Shown: piece by piece, positions 24,700 through 36,011 of the stretch
Layout of the letters: each line of letters begins with the position of its first letter
Position numbering within the stretch: the first letter of the stretch is position 1
Origin: Macrostomum hystrix
Taxonomy: Eukaryota > Animalia > Platyhelminthes
DNA length: 64,000 bases
Direction of reading: 5' to 3'
Assembly: GCA_950097015.1 (NCBI GenBank)
Contig: CATNEN010000001.1
Span: 4,030,001 to 4,094,000, forward strand
Notes under the pieces: model-generated
Told to the model about the DNA's origin: nothing
Databases searched by the model: none
The model's input: the letters and a program-made list of their open reading frames with translations, nothing else
Made by a program: the position numbers and the translations under genes

Positions 24700-25511
24700 G
24701 AGGAATCAGCAGCATCGTAATAAACAGTGAGCATGCAGAAGGTTCTTCTAGTGACTTTAATTTTCGCCTGTCTGCACCTATATACTTGGATCGAAATGTG
24801 GACTATGAGGCAGGTCTGGCTGAAATCCATCTGCCTACTGCATGGCTCAATGTTGACGAGCCTTACTGCTTCACAGTCTCAGATGTAAGAGAGCATGAGG
24901 CCCTGGTTCTTCAACCCGGACGCTTTGACAGAGTGGAGGAGCTGGTGGAGCGGTTGAACGAGCTACTAGTCAACTCTGAGTCACTGTTCTTTGATGCCAT
25001 GAGCGATAGAGAGTCTGAGATGGAGGCTGATGAATCGGGCCTGATGGCTCGCAGCAATAAAGATTTTGGGATAAAGTTTGAAATTCAGAATCAAAGAACA
25101 GTAATGCACAACAATACCGCACGAGCAGAGTTGTATCTTCCTCCAAGCAAAATCCTGCAGTGGTTGGGATTTGGAAACCAGTCAATCAAAATCCCACCTG
25201 GGCGCCACGTGTCAAGCTGTTGCATCGGCTGTCCGCCCACCAACCTGGTCAATGTGCGCTGCAGCCTTGTTGAGTCAACAAGCTGCAACTGGGACTCCCT
25301 GCTGCGAACTGTGAACATCAGTTCTAATGCTGAATGGGGCTGCTACTTCAGCAAAGTGTTTAAGAAAACACTGTTCTTCCCAATCCAGAAAACAAATTTT
25401 CTACACAGCATTCGAATTCAACTGCGGGATAAATTTGGTCACCCTCTGACTGCTCAGAGCTGCAGTCCTGTTTTGCTCACGATTCAGATCCGGGAGAAAC
25501 TTATTCGATGA
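24700..25511 (+). CDS. Polinton minor capsid protein (penton)
   Basis: SSDFNFRLSAPIYLD...YEAGLAEIHLP and C-terminal SLLRTV...SIRIQLRD.FG.P patterns, plus position before the hexon. True start unclear and possibly mutated. Confidence 0.8.
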
Positions 25512-25894
25512 ACTATCAGCAGCTGATCCGGCAGTACTCTGGAACTCGAAATGGAAGCGATAAATCTGCGCCCTATGGGTGCGGAAGTTTTCCAGGGATT
25601 ATGACATATCAACCTCCTCCAGCAACTTCACCAGCACATGCATCTCAGTTGGCCTCGGCTGGCAAAAGCGTTAGCAAAAGAAGACAGTTGAATGCTAAAG
25701 TTTCTAGTAAAAAGAGAATACAGAAGACACCTCGCCAAAATGGCAAGAAGGGGAAAAAATCAAGGAAACGGAAAAATGCAGGTAGAAAGAAACCTAAGAA
25801 AGGAGAGAGCAAAGCAAAGGGCAAAACGGTAAGCAAGAGGAAGCGAAAAGTCAGCAGGAAAACGGTGAAGCGCGTGCTGGACTCTTTGTCGTAG
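25508..25894 (+). CDS. small Lys/Arg-rich protein, putative DNA-condensing core protein
   Basis: Very basic C-terminal half; start overlaps the penton stop; lies between penton and hexon. Confidence 0.65.
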   Translation: MNYQQLIRQYSGTRNGSDKSAPYGCGSFPGIMTYQPPPATSPAHASQLASAGKSVSKRRQLNAKVSSKKRIQKTPRQNGKKGKKSRKRKNAGRKKPKKGESKAKGKTVSKRKRKVSRKTVKRVLDSLS

Positions 25895-25896
25895 AC

Positions 25897-27162
25897 ATGG
25901 CTTATGGATTCAACCCAAGGCTCGATTTGTTCAAGGCTCCTGCGCTGCAGACTGCCATTGACAAATCCTCCTATCTCGATATTCACCCCGTGAACTCAAT
26001 TGCTGCAAATGCACCCATCGAATTCGATTGCCACCTATCAGCTGACGAATACACCGATCTATTGAATTCTTTCCTGTACATTCGCTGCCGCCTAGTCCGA
26101 CTGGATGGGGGCTTGCTGAGGGAGAATGTTCTGAACGCTGAAGGAGAGCTGACAGAGCGCCGAGACAGTGATGTGCACCCTGAAAACTTCGTCCTGTCTA
26201 CGCTCTTCTCTGATGTCATTGTGAGCATTAACCAGCGAGTTGTGTCCGGGGGAGACCAACTCTATCCCTATCATGCCTATTTCAAAGCTCTCATGAGTTC
26301 CTCAGACGCCCAGCAGCTGAAGTTCTACCCCGCTGGATTCCTGCAACCTGACTCCGCTGCAGAGGCACACATGGAGAGCCACAGGCAGTCCCGCTGGGTG
26401 GAGTATGCCGGACCGTTGCTCAGCGACATCTTCCAGTGCCCCATGTTGCTGCTGAACAACCTACACCTGCACATCAAGTTGGTGCCCAGCGACGCTGCAT
26501 TTGCCATCAGAACCCCGGTCACAAACAACACAGCCTACCGCATGGAAATCTCCCACTGCATCCTGCATCTCTGCCGAGTCAAGGTGGCTTCTCACATCAG
26601 CCTAGCCCATGAGCAGGGACTGATCAACCAGAATGCGCTCTATCCTATGGAGCGAGCCGAAATTCAGAACTTTATTCTGCCCCAGGGAATCCAGTCGAAG
26701 AACATTGAAGGCTTTACCCACGGAAAACTCCCAAAGTTCATCATGCTGGCTTTCGTGAGCCACCGAGCCTACAACGGGAATCATCACACCAGCCCCTTCG
26801 AGTTCCAGAGCTTCAACCTCAGCCAGCTAGCTCTAAAGAAAGGCGGGGAAACCATGTGCCACGGTGCATTCACACCCGAAAACAACTCATTTGTGCGAGA
26901 GTACTTGCACTACCTGAAAAGCTGCCAGTCTGCCAGCCCCACCAACTCGGTCCCTTGGATCCCCTATCAGATCTTCTCCAACGACAACACCGTGTTAATG
27001 TTCGACCTCACACCCGAGGGAGCAGCCCTGTGGTACGGACAGAAAGAGGGAAACCTGCGGCTGGAGATTCGGTTCCGACAGGCGCTTGACGAGGCCGTGA
27101 CTCTGATTGTCATGTGCCTGTATGACTCTCTGATTGAAGTCACCAAGCATAGGGAAATTTAG
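25897..27162 (+). CDS. Polinton major capsid protein (double jelly-roll hexon)
   Basis: LDLF..P..QT.I...Y.DIHP...PIEF...Y.DL.NSFLY N-terminus, YPY.AY, LP.FIM.AFV...A.NG...SPF.F and G.LRLE.RF; intact 421 aa. Confidence 0.93.
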   Translation: MAYGFNPRLDLFKAPALQTAIDKSSYLDIHPVNSIAANAPIEFDCHLSADEYTDLLNSFLYIRCRLVRLDGGLLRENVLNAEGELTERRDSDVHPENFVLSTLFSDVIVSINQRVVSGGDQLYPYHAYFKALMSSSDAQQLKFYPAGFLQPDSAAEAHMESHRQSRWVEYAGPLLSDIFQCPMLLLNNLHLHIKLVPSDAAFAIRTPVTNNTAYRMEISHCILHLCRVKVASHISLAHEQGLINQNALYPMERAEIQNFILPQGIQSKNIEGFTHGKLPKFIMLAFVSHRAYNGNHHTSPFEFQSFNLSQLALKKGGETMCHGAFTPENNSFVREYLHYLKSCQSASPTNSVPWIPYQIFSNDNTVLMFDLTPEGAALWYGQKEGNLRLEIRFRQALDEAVTLIVMCLYDSLIEVTKHREI

Positions 27163-27182
27163 CTAGATTTTTCATAATAATT

Positions 27183-27698
27183 ATGAAAACTTTTCAGATG
27201 TTTAAACTTGCCAGAAGCTTTTTGCCCCTTAGAAACGTTTTTATAGTGTCTCTAAATTTGAATAGTTCTAATAATGCTGAGTTAGAATTTCATTTGCGGA
27301 GTTACCTGAATGAGAAAACATATAAGAGCAAATTTATTTTCCTTTTGTTGCATCACAGCTCCTTGTCAGGTCACTGGGTGGTTTGCGACGTCAATTACGG
27401 GAATTCTGTGGAGCTTTTTAATTCCCTTGGCTGGGACTCGAAAACTTTAATGATTATTCATGATTTACTGCAAGTAGCCCTGGGTTCCCCGCTTCGTTTG
27501 AGCAGCAATGTGGATCGAATTCAAAGCTGTGACTCTGTCAAATGCGGTCTCTTCTGTCTTTATTTTACTTATCAGAAGTTTCAATTCAAACGGTCATTTA
27601 AGTGGGTTCTGCGACAACTGCATGCAAAGGAAAAGAGCCACCTGAATGACAGAATGCTTCGGCAGTTCGAAGCCAGCCTAAGAAAGAGAAAGTTATGA
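27183..27698 (+). CDS. adenain-like cysteine protease
   Basis: GHWV, FNSLG and IQ...S.KCG.FCLYF catalytic motifs. Confidence 0.88.
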   Translation: MKTFQMFKLARSFLPLRNVFIVSLNLNSSNNAELEFHLRSYLNEKTYKSKFIFLLLHHSSLSGHWVVCDVNYGNSVELFNSLGWDSKTLMIIHDLLQVALGSPLRLSSNVDRIQSCDSVKCGLFCLYFTYQKFQFKRSFKWVLRQLHAKEKSHLNDRMLRQFEASLRKRKL

Positions 27699-28384
27699 AA
27701 GTCAGCTCTACAAATTGGCTAAAGCCGACTAAGGAAACCAGTGCGAATAGAACATGCTATGATGCCCGCCTGCGGCAGGGAAGCTGCATGATTGTCAGCG
27801 GGCCAACCAATGCTGGCAAGACAACCTTCGTGAAGCAGCTAATTCAGTACAGGGATGTCATGTTTGATACGATGCCTGAGAGAGTCCTGTGGTACTATGT
27901 GGTTTCGCAGACAGTGCACTCTGAGCTGAGCAGCCTGGGAGTGCACCTGCAGCAGGGATTCCCCAGCAACATTGAGGCGGCTCTAAGACCCAATGACCTG
28001 ATTGTTTTTGATGATTTGATTGAAGAGACTTCTAGCTCTGCTGCGATGCGAAATGTATTCACCAGAATCGCTCATCACTTACCCTGCTTTCTGGTAATGC
28101 TGACCCAGAATGTATTTTTTAAAGGAAAAGAGTTGCGAACGATGAGTCTGAATGCGATGTACTTTGTCATCATGAAGAACCCCAGAGACCAGCTGCAGAT
28201 TGCAGCACTGGGCAGGCAGTGCTTTGCAGAGAAGCCCGGCTTTCTGCTGTCTGTGTTTAAGCATGTGACCGCTCAAGGCAGGGGAGCTTACCTGCTTCTG
28301 GATTTCCACCCATCCACTCCCGATGAGCTGCGAGTGCGAGCGCGGATCCTGCCCAACCAGCGCCCCCACCTGGTTTATACCTAA
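27695..28384 (+). CDS. FtsK/A32-like DNA packaging ATPase
   Basis: Walker A GPTNAGKT, Walker B LIVFDD, TQN, SLNA.Y and KNPRD..QI..LGRQ. Confidence 0.93.
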   Translation: MKVSSTNWLKPTKETSANRTCYDARLRQGSCMIVSGPTNAGKTTFVKQLIQYRDVMFDTMPERVLWYYVVSQTVHSELSSLGVHLQQGFPSNIEAALRPNDLIVFDDLIEETSSSAAMRNVFTRIAHHLPCFLVMLTQNVFFKGKELRTMSLNAMYFVIMKNPRDQLQIAALGRQCFAEKPGFLLSVFKHVTAQGRGAYLLLDFHPSTPDELRVRARILPNQRPHLVYT

Positions 28385-28423
28385 GAATGGCAAATACGCT
28401 GTTTTCCATATCTATACTCAACA

Positions 28424-28771
28424 ATGGACACGCTTTGTTTTCATGAAAGCATCTTTGCAATTCTTGCATCAGCGAAATACACTGTCAGCTTCAAGCGCTT
28501 GCTAATCAAGCACGGTCCGAAAGAAGTGCGAAAATTCCTTGTTGAAGCCTGTTACAACCTATTGGAAAACAACCTGACTTTCTCTCTTATTGAAAAGGCT
28601 GAGCTGGCAAAGTCCAAGCAGATTATTCGAAAAATCCCAGAACAAAGAAAAGAAGCTGACTTGCTAAATCATAATTTCATAAAAATTCTCCCCACTCTGC
28701 TGAAGCTTGTGCATAGAAGAAAGAAGGAAAATGAACAAGTTCTCCGAGATGGTTCTGATTCCCAAGTCTGA
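28424..28771 (+). CDS. conserved small Polinton protein
   Basis: E.CYNLL.....L...K..L.K.K..IRKI pattern recalled from small ORFs next to Polinton ATPases. Confidence 0.55.
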   Translation: MDTLCFHESIFAILASAKYTVSFKRLLIKHGPKEVRKFLVEACYNLLENNLTFSLIEKAELAKSKQIIRKIPEQRKEADLLNHNFIKILPTLLKLVHRRKKENEQVLRDGSDSQV

Positions 28772-28931
28772 GTATGACATGCTAATGAGTAATGTGAAGC
28801 CCAATGAGTCTGCAGAAGACATTGCGGTAAAGCAGGCACAGATTAAATGTGATGATATATTGTATGCCGACGATTGCCCAGACAATGTAAAGACAGCCAT
28901 GTACCAGAACGCTATGAAAAGTTTTTCATAG
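28731..28931 (+). pseudogene. N-terminal fragment of a conserved Polinton protein
   Basis: MVLIP..EY...IL....PD..K...YQ pattern; stops early. Confidence 0.4.
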
Positions 28932-29281
28932 TTTTTCATCCGAGCTACTCGGACTCAGTCAGGGCTGCCCGTCGCTTCGTGGCTATGCTACATCGCAGAG
29001 TGCCTGCTCAACTGCTGCCTCATCAGTTCATTTGTGTACGAATTAAAACTATTACTGCACATGGAAAGATTGACTTGCCCAACCCCCAATGCTTGACAAG
29101 CCTCCGTGATGTGCTACCGAATGCTAGATATGAGCCAGAGTCCTTTTCTGCTTTGATTTGCAAACTGGACTTCTGTAAGTGCCAGCTTTTTCACAATGGC
29201 TCATTCGTTCTCAGTGGTGCGAAGACAGTGAACATGCTGATTGCCGATTTTTCCAAGCTTCACCGTTTTCTGTGCCAGTAA
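28874..29281 (+). CDS. TATA-binding-protein (TBP)-like domain, single repeat, probably 5'-truncated
   Basis: ARYEPESFSALI...QLFHNGSFVLSGAKT matches the TBP repeat signature YEPE.F.GLI....LIF..GK.V.TGAK. Confidence 0.8.
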   Translation: MPRQCKDSHVPERYEKFFIVFHPSYSDSVRAARRFVAMLHRRVPAQLLPHQFICVRIKTITAHGKIDLPNPQCLTSLRDVLPNARYEPESFSALICKLDFCKCQLFHNGSFVLSGAKTVNMLIADFSKLHRFLCQ

Positions 29282-29661
29282 TAAACTTATGTTTCAACAG
29301 TTAAATAAGAAGACGACGACGGCTGAACAAAGTGTAACGTTTTTCATGCAATCTGCCACTTGTTTAAAAAGTGTGCATTTTAACCAATTTTATTTTGAAA
29401 ATCTGACTTCGATTGGTCTTTCTTGAGCATTTTGCTATGCTTGAGCATAGCAAATTTAAACAGATCACCACTAAAAGCATGGGAAAAGCACACCTACCAC
29501 CACCACCCAGATTATGTACTCCTAAAACAAATAAAACGAACACGAGCAAACAGAAATAAGAAAAGTGAGTATTATTTAGATAATTAATGATAATTAATGG
29601 ATAATGGATAAAAACGAGTAGCAAAATTAGCAAAAAAAGAAAATAACAACTGTCGCTTCAT

Positions 29662-32600
29662 TCATTCTGCATTGCTAAAATAAGGTGCGTTGAAACAAAA
29701 TAGAAAAGCCTGACTAATGTGATGCAACTGATTCCAACATGACTTTGGCAAGTTAGTATTGAAATAGTCTAATAGACTTTTCGGTCTACCCCTGATCGTT
29801 AGCTGAAAGTGGCCGAACGGAAGACTTGTGTTCGAGCCAGTCCACGCTCGCTTGTCCTCCCAGATACTGAGAGCGAGCTTGCGTTGCTCAATGGTGAAAA
29901 CGCGATGTTTCTCACTTCCAATTCGACGAATAGTGAGCGACAGCTTTGAAGCGTCCCTGAAAATCTTTACGTAGTCATCGTGGGAGACTTCATTCTTCAG
30001 CACGCTTCGTTGGATACCTTTTGCTTTTGCTTTGCTAGCCGTCGAGCTTTCGGCGAGGAAAGAATAGAGCTTGGGCCTCAGCAGCACCCACTCAATCTGC
30101 CGCACTCCACCAGCTTCATCTTTAATGCAGCCTAGCCTGGCCTTCAGTTGATTCGAGAAGAGTGGGTGATTAGATAAAAAATTGGATGTGTCCAAGAGGC
30201 CTTCGGCATGCAGGATTGGCAGCACTTCTCTCTGCAAGTTAAGATTATCTAAGCTCAAAAACAGCGAGTCTGTATCGCCACCACAAACACGAACTCTCGC
30301 TCCATCACGGAATTCTAGCATGGGTTTTATTCTGTCGTAGTAAAGTTGATACATGATGATCTTGGAGCGATCTAGAACACACTGCCCCATGAAAAGTGGG
30401 CGATCAAGAGTTACTTCACGCTTTTGAAGCTCGAAGATGCTGAGTGACGGTGTAATGATGGTGAATGATGTGACATTTGGTTGCGAAGAAACAGTCTTGA
30501 CCTTTTTCTTGTCATTGCACACTCTGATGTCTCGCGGCTTGCGTACGTTCTCCATTGTTTTGCCAAACGGAATTATTTTTCAGCTTGTAGAAATCCTTCT
30601 CGAAATCATTTTTCGCCATAGAGCGCTTCTCACTATTCATCTTAATGTAGTCCGCGAAGACAGGTTCTTGCCTGAATTCGATCATCCTTTGGAGCTTGTG
30701 CAACTTCATCCCGTGCGATAGATAGAATCGGAGGGCTGAAGAGTGCAGTACATAGGAAAATTTGTTGTGGCACGTGAGCATTAACTTTTGTACTCCACGG
30801 TAGTGCGCAGCGGTAGGATCTACAGTGGTGTTCGCGTCGGGCTGCTGATGACGATGATAATTGTCGTGCTGAAGCAGTGCCCATAATTCTCGCATGTACT
30901 GTGGAAATTCATCGAAATCCGGACACCTTTTCTCTGGGGCGAATGGAAGATCCTCCGTTGCCGAGTGGATTTCGGCAGGGTAGAGCAAATCCGCTTTGAC
31001 AAGGTAGCCGATTGGAGCATCATCGTCCAGGGCGAGAAAGCGGCGCTCAGACCATGAGTACAGCTCCTCTTGACTGAGCCAGCGAAAGCCACCAACAGGT
31101 AGGGGCATTGTGAGCGCATGACCGTAAAGGTTATTAGCATCAACAGCTAGTAAACTCCTACCTGCTGTTTCATCATCATCATCATCATCATCATCACTGC
31201 TTTCGCTCTGGGCATGATGTACATTGACAAAAGACATTCCGCCCCGAATTCCTTTCTCAAACATTTTGTACATCTCGAGATCGGTTAGCAGTTCAATCTT
31301 GACTTGAGAAGACTTTAGCGCTGAAGCAAATGAGAGGCCTGGGGTTGACACAAAATGCACCGGATCTAGCTTGTCTTCCTGCAAACTCAGCCTTCGAAAC
31401 CCTTCAAAGATATCTGCAAGTTGCCTGATGTCCAGCTCCAAGTAGCATTGCATGTAATCGCGCAATGTTGTGGATTCGAACTCAGTCCATGCCTTCTGCG
31501 CATGCCGATACTCCGCCTCGGTACAGTGGCTGTTGGTGAGTCGATTAAAAAAACTGTCTACTTTTGGTAGTTGGCGATCATCGAGCACATTCAAGTTTGA
31601 GAGATAATCATAAGGGAAAACTCCCTTACTGAGCAGTACATGCCTTGAAAGATTTGGATACTTTGATCGCATCGCATTAGTGATGGGACAGTTGTCCTCC
31701 GGCAAGTTGTCCTCCGGCTCGAAAGTTCTTGATAAGCTGAGAAAGACTACTGTGTAGGAATTGCAGTGAATCGATGAACTGCATCGTGAAGAACAGGGGC
31801 TTCTTCTTACCATCTTTTTCGTACTCATCAATTAGGAATTCCACTCTCATTTAGAGATAAGATTCAGCAGTTTGTGGTATAACACACTTTCCAACCTGGC
31901 ATGTCGCCTAGGGCGCTCGAAAAAATCAGGTGCAGGTCATAACCACGAAGATTATGCATAACGATGGGCAAGAAGCGCCGCCGCAGTTTAGCAAGCTTGT
32001 TGCATGAAGCACAGGCAGCTCCTCTAAAATCTCCGCTCAAATGATCATGATCGCAGTGTTTGTCAGATGATGAGGTAAAAGCTGCACTGCAATAGTGGCA
32101 CTGAACGGATTCAGCAAAGTTGCGCCTATCTTCTTCCATGCTCCTGTCTGCTTTTTGGTGGCTGAACTCCGTATTCCACCCATAGATTCCACGAGCAAGT
32201 TGTTCGAGTGAGGCCAAAAACTGCTTCACGACAGAATTCGGATTGGGACCGCTGCAGAGGAAAACATCCTCACTCGGCCTCCGAATGTCGCTGCTCATAC
32301 CCTCTCTTGGAATAACAATGTAGCCAGCAGCTACAGGCAGATGCTCAGTTAACTTGGTGATACCAACTGCTCTGTCAGGCTCTATTAGTTCACATGGGGT
32401 GTTCAGAGCTTCAAAATCTGCGTAGACAACAAATGGGGGACTGATAGTCTTTTCCCAAGCCATGAATTGCATTGTGTTGCTATTTGCATCAGGCATGCGC
32501 TCCATGATGCTGGGTTTCAGCTGAGGATTGCAGCTGTCTCGATGCTGCTCTAACTCCTCCTGGGATCGAAACGGAGAAATGCACTTCTCACACCATTTGC

Positions 32601-33510
32601 GATTCCTCAGACCTTTTTTGCTGTTCAGGAGCCGGTACAGGTTCGAAACTGCACACCAGTGTCCAGTCCCACAATTCTCAACATCATTATCATCATCATT
32701 AGCATAATCAGAGCATGAGTTGCGAAGCAAGAGTAGAGGAATAACCTTGCGAGAGGCACAAAGCCCAGGAAGTGGCTGGCGAATGACATAGGCCTCATCA
32801 TGCTCCCAGGTAAAAACTGTGAAACAGATTTCGGGATTCTTTTCTTCTATAACTTCTAAATCGGAAATTGCGATTGGTAAACTGATGCCGCTCAGATCGA
32901 TTTCACCCAGCCATCTGCTGTAAGTTGTTAGTCGATGACAGGACTTCATCACACCAGGATCACTGCTGTGCAGGTAAGCAAGACAGGCAAATAGAAAGCA
33001 ATAATTTCCATTGCTCGGTGGGTTCATGATGGCCTTCTTAACTACTAGCCGATTGGGCACAGTAAAATTAGCACATCTTCCTCGATAGTAGCGAATGCGA
33101 TCAGTGAGGGCAGAGCTCAGATCAAAATAGTTGATTTGTTCAACTATCCAACCACTCCCATTTGCATTGTAGGTTGGATCTTGCGTTCCAGCTCAGAAAA
33201 CTGCTGCAGCCACCACAATTCAAAGTCTCTAAGATCAGTAAGAAGCTCGAGACTGCATGCGAACCACTTATCCTCCGCATTAACTACCATTGCTTCTTTG
33301 ATTCTCACCATTCTAATGTTGAACTTAAGCTGCGCTCGAACAGAATTGTTCTCGGATGAATCTCATCTCATCTCAACAGCCTGTAGCACTGCGAACTTAG
33401 TAGATGTTAAAAAGTGAAATGGATCGAGACCTCTTGAGGCTGGAGTGAAGCGTCTTACCTGCAGTATGTCATCATGCGCACTGGCCTGAACAGCCGAGCT
33501 GAATTGAATG
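29662..33510 (-). pseudogene. pPolB of Polinton-2 with Endonuclease VII-like insert, frameshifted
   Basis: ORFs 31864-33060, 30512-31831 and 29662-30555: VYADFE, DHDHLSG..GAAC..CN, HNLRGYD, KGVFPYD, DANNLYG, KLKNNS, GDTDS and RPKLYS. The N-terminal part to ~33510 has stops. Confidence 0.94.
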
Positions 33511-33609
33511 CCTGTGTGAATCGATCATGTTTTTGTTTAATATTCGTGTTTCATTGGACAGTTATAAATAAGTTATTTCCTCTAATTCTATCTCCTCATA
33601 GTGTCAATC

Positions 33610-33757
33610 AACGAAATCGGTGAATCAGGAATCAGTGAATCAGTGATTCGATAATTCGGATTAAGTGAATCGGTGAATCAGGAATCGGTGAATCAGGAAT
33701 AGGTGAATCAAGAATCGGTGAACCGGGAATCAGTGAACCAGGAATCAGTGAATCAGC
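33610..33757. repeat. (GAATCGGT/GAATCAG)n minisatellite upstream of pPolB
   Basis: Repeated GAATC-based 7-8-bp units read directly. Confidence 0.85.
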
Positions 33758-34753
33758 GGATGGGTTTGTTATGACTACTTAGCTTGTACTTTTAGAGGGA
33801 TAAGTCTACTTTGCTGGCTATGCTGAATTCATTTGAACAAATATTGCATGAACTCACCGGTTGGCTCGAGCTCGAAAGTGAAATTGGTGGACTCATGCGA
33901 CAGATCACTTGCTGCTGCTGCTGATGTGGTGGCTGGTGAAGTGTCTCTCGACATTATCTCGGTTCTTTTTACGAGTATTACACAGTTGGAACCATTTTAG
34001 ATCAGATGGGGGAATTTGCTGAAACGCATATTTTGTGATGATTTTATTTGGAAAAGCTAATATCAGTAACATAATTTGTGCATATACGAGTACTAAACAT
34101 TCATATTATCGAAAGTTGCTAATCGGGTCTGGTCGTTACATACTAAAATTTCGGGTCCAAAACTTTTATAGTGTGCATACATTTGTTCTTTCTAAATCAA
34201 TAAATCTAAATTAAATATCTCAAAGCCACGAACTTTTCCTAAATGTAGCGCTTCAGTATTCTTTCAGCATTATTAACTGATACAAAATAGGTATCAGTTT
34301 CTCTTTTTATTAAAAATATGCGATGCGAAAACATTGGAAACAGAAGTTAATTAGAGACGGAGATTATAACAAATAACGCAGAGCCAACCAGAATCAATCC
34401 CAATCCTCATCCTTGCATTAAACACATGACACCCTAGCACAGGTTGATCAATCAGCACTACATAGATGCATAAACTTTAACTTTATAGACATTAGATCGT
34501 TAGATGTTAAAAATTATGAAATTTGAAATTCGCGTTTGAAAATAATTTATGGGTCTTGACTTAATTTACAAAAAATATTTCCAGATACACAATTATTAAC
34601 TCTTACAATCACCATGAGATGCCATCAATCTGCGCTCATAAAGCAATACGTTAATAAAAAATAAGATCCTCCAATCCTCCTAGGTAAAAAGCGCCGTTAG
34701 TATCAGTAAAATCACTCCATTTTCTTCTACTTATTTCAAACTTGGTACTAAAA

Positions 34754-35680
34754 TTAAGAGTTGCTCAGGCGAATGCGGAAAGTCCCCCCCAAGCCAATCC
34801 AATATTCGCCATTAACACTGCTAGGCAGAACCAGCTGGATGCAGATGGGTGCCGGCTGCTGCAGTGCTTCATTAGCGGTCGCGGCCGCAGGCTGAACCTC
34901 AGTCGGTGGTGGTGTTGGTGGTGGTGGTGGAGGCACAGGACCCGACTCAAGCTCGCGGATAACGTCAGGCAGACTGACTTCTGCCAGCATCCTGGCACGC
35001 TCCATATTTTTCCCGGAAACAGGGATTGCATGTTGCTGCTGCTGCTGCTGCTGCTGTTCGATTACTTCGTGCTCATCAAGGTTCTCGAAAAATGCGGTGT
35101 CCAGCTCATGCAGCTCGAAGTTAGGAGTGTCAGCGTCAATAAGGGGAGCTCCGACATCGCCGTCGAGTAGAGCAGCAGCAGCAGAAGCAGCATCAGCATC
35201 AGCATCAGCAGCAGCAGCGGCGGCTGAAAGAACGCCAGGGGTCGAAGAATCTGCTGTTGCAGTAGCGGTGCCGGGCAGAGAGGGAGTGCCGATGTCTATA
35301 GCAGCAGCAGCAGTAGGCTGGGCGTTGAGCCGAACGCCAGTGCTGGTGACTCGACCGCATCAATTAGATATTACTTGACTCAATGAGCTCTCCGGCTCTG
35401 CCGCCTTTTTGCCTTCCTCTTGATGCGCCACTTCCTGAGCAGTAATGCGCGCCCGCTCGTGATCCTCAGCAGAGCTCCAGTTGACAGTAGCATGATTTTT
35501 ATGCCGCTTTATTTGACCTCTAACAGTAAAGAGCTCAACCGACTGGCATTGGTGACATAGTAGCCATCGGGTGACATTGCAGCCTTGTTTCACTACATGA
35601 TGCTTAATTCCACCGAGCATACTAGTGTTGCAGGTTGCACACACTTCATGAACGTAGGATGGGCACCGGGGACGACTCAT
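34754..35680 (-). pseudogene. Cys/His-rich plus acidic/polyQ/polyP protein with one internal TGA
   Basis: ORFs 35360-35680 and 34754-35005 are in frame and joined by 118 open codons after a single TGA. Confidence 0.5.
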
Positions 35681-36011
35681 AGCTTACATGGACTCAACAT
35701 TTATTCAAAGTGACTCTTGTGAAGCTCGCACCGGCGGGACACAATGCCTGTGTGGTATGAGTCAGACCAGGCCTACGGGCTAAGGTCTGCGATGCCTCAC
35801 ACCTGCAGTCGTTTTTTGAGCAGGCTTGGCAGGAAGGAGACCTGTGCCCTCGGGTGCAGGAATCCTCTCCACGTTGTCCCGTCAGCTGACCCATGGGTAC
35901 ACGTCCCGCGAGTGTTCAAGGCTGACCCTAGGGCAGCTGGACAGAATGGGCAACAGCGCTGGACGACCCATCCAGGGCCTCTGGCCAAACTGGGTACCTC
36001 TAGCCCTGGCT

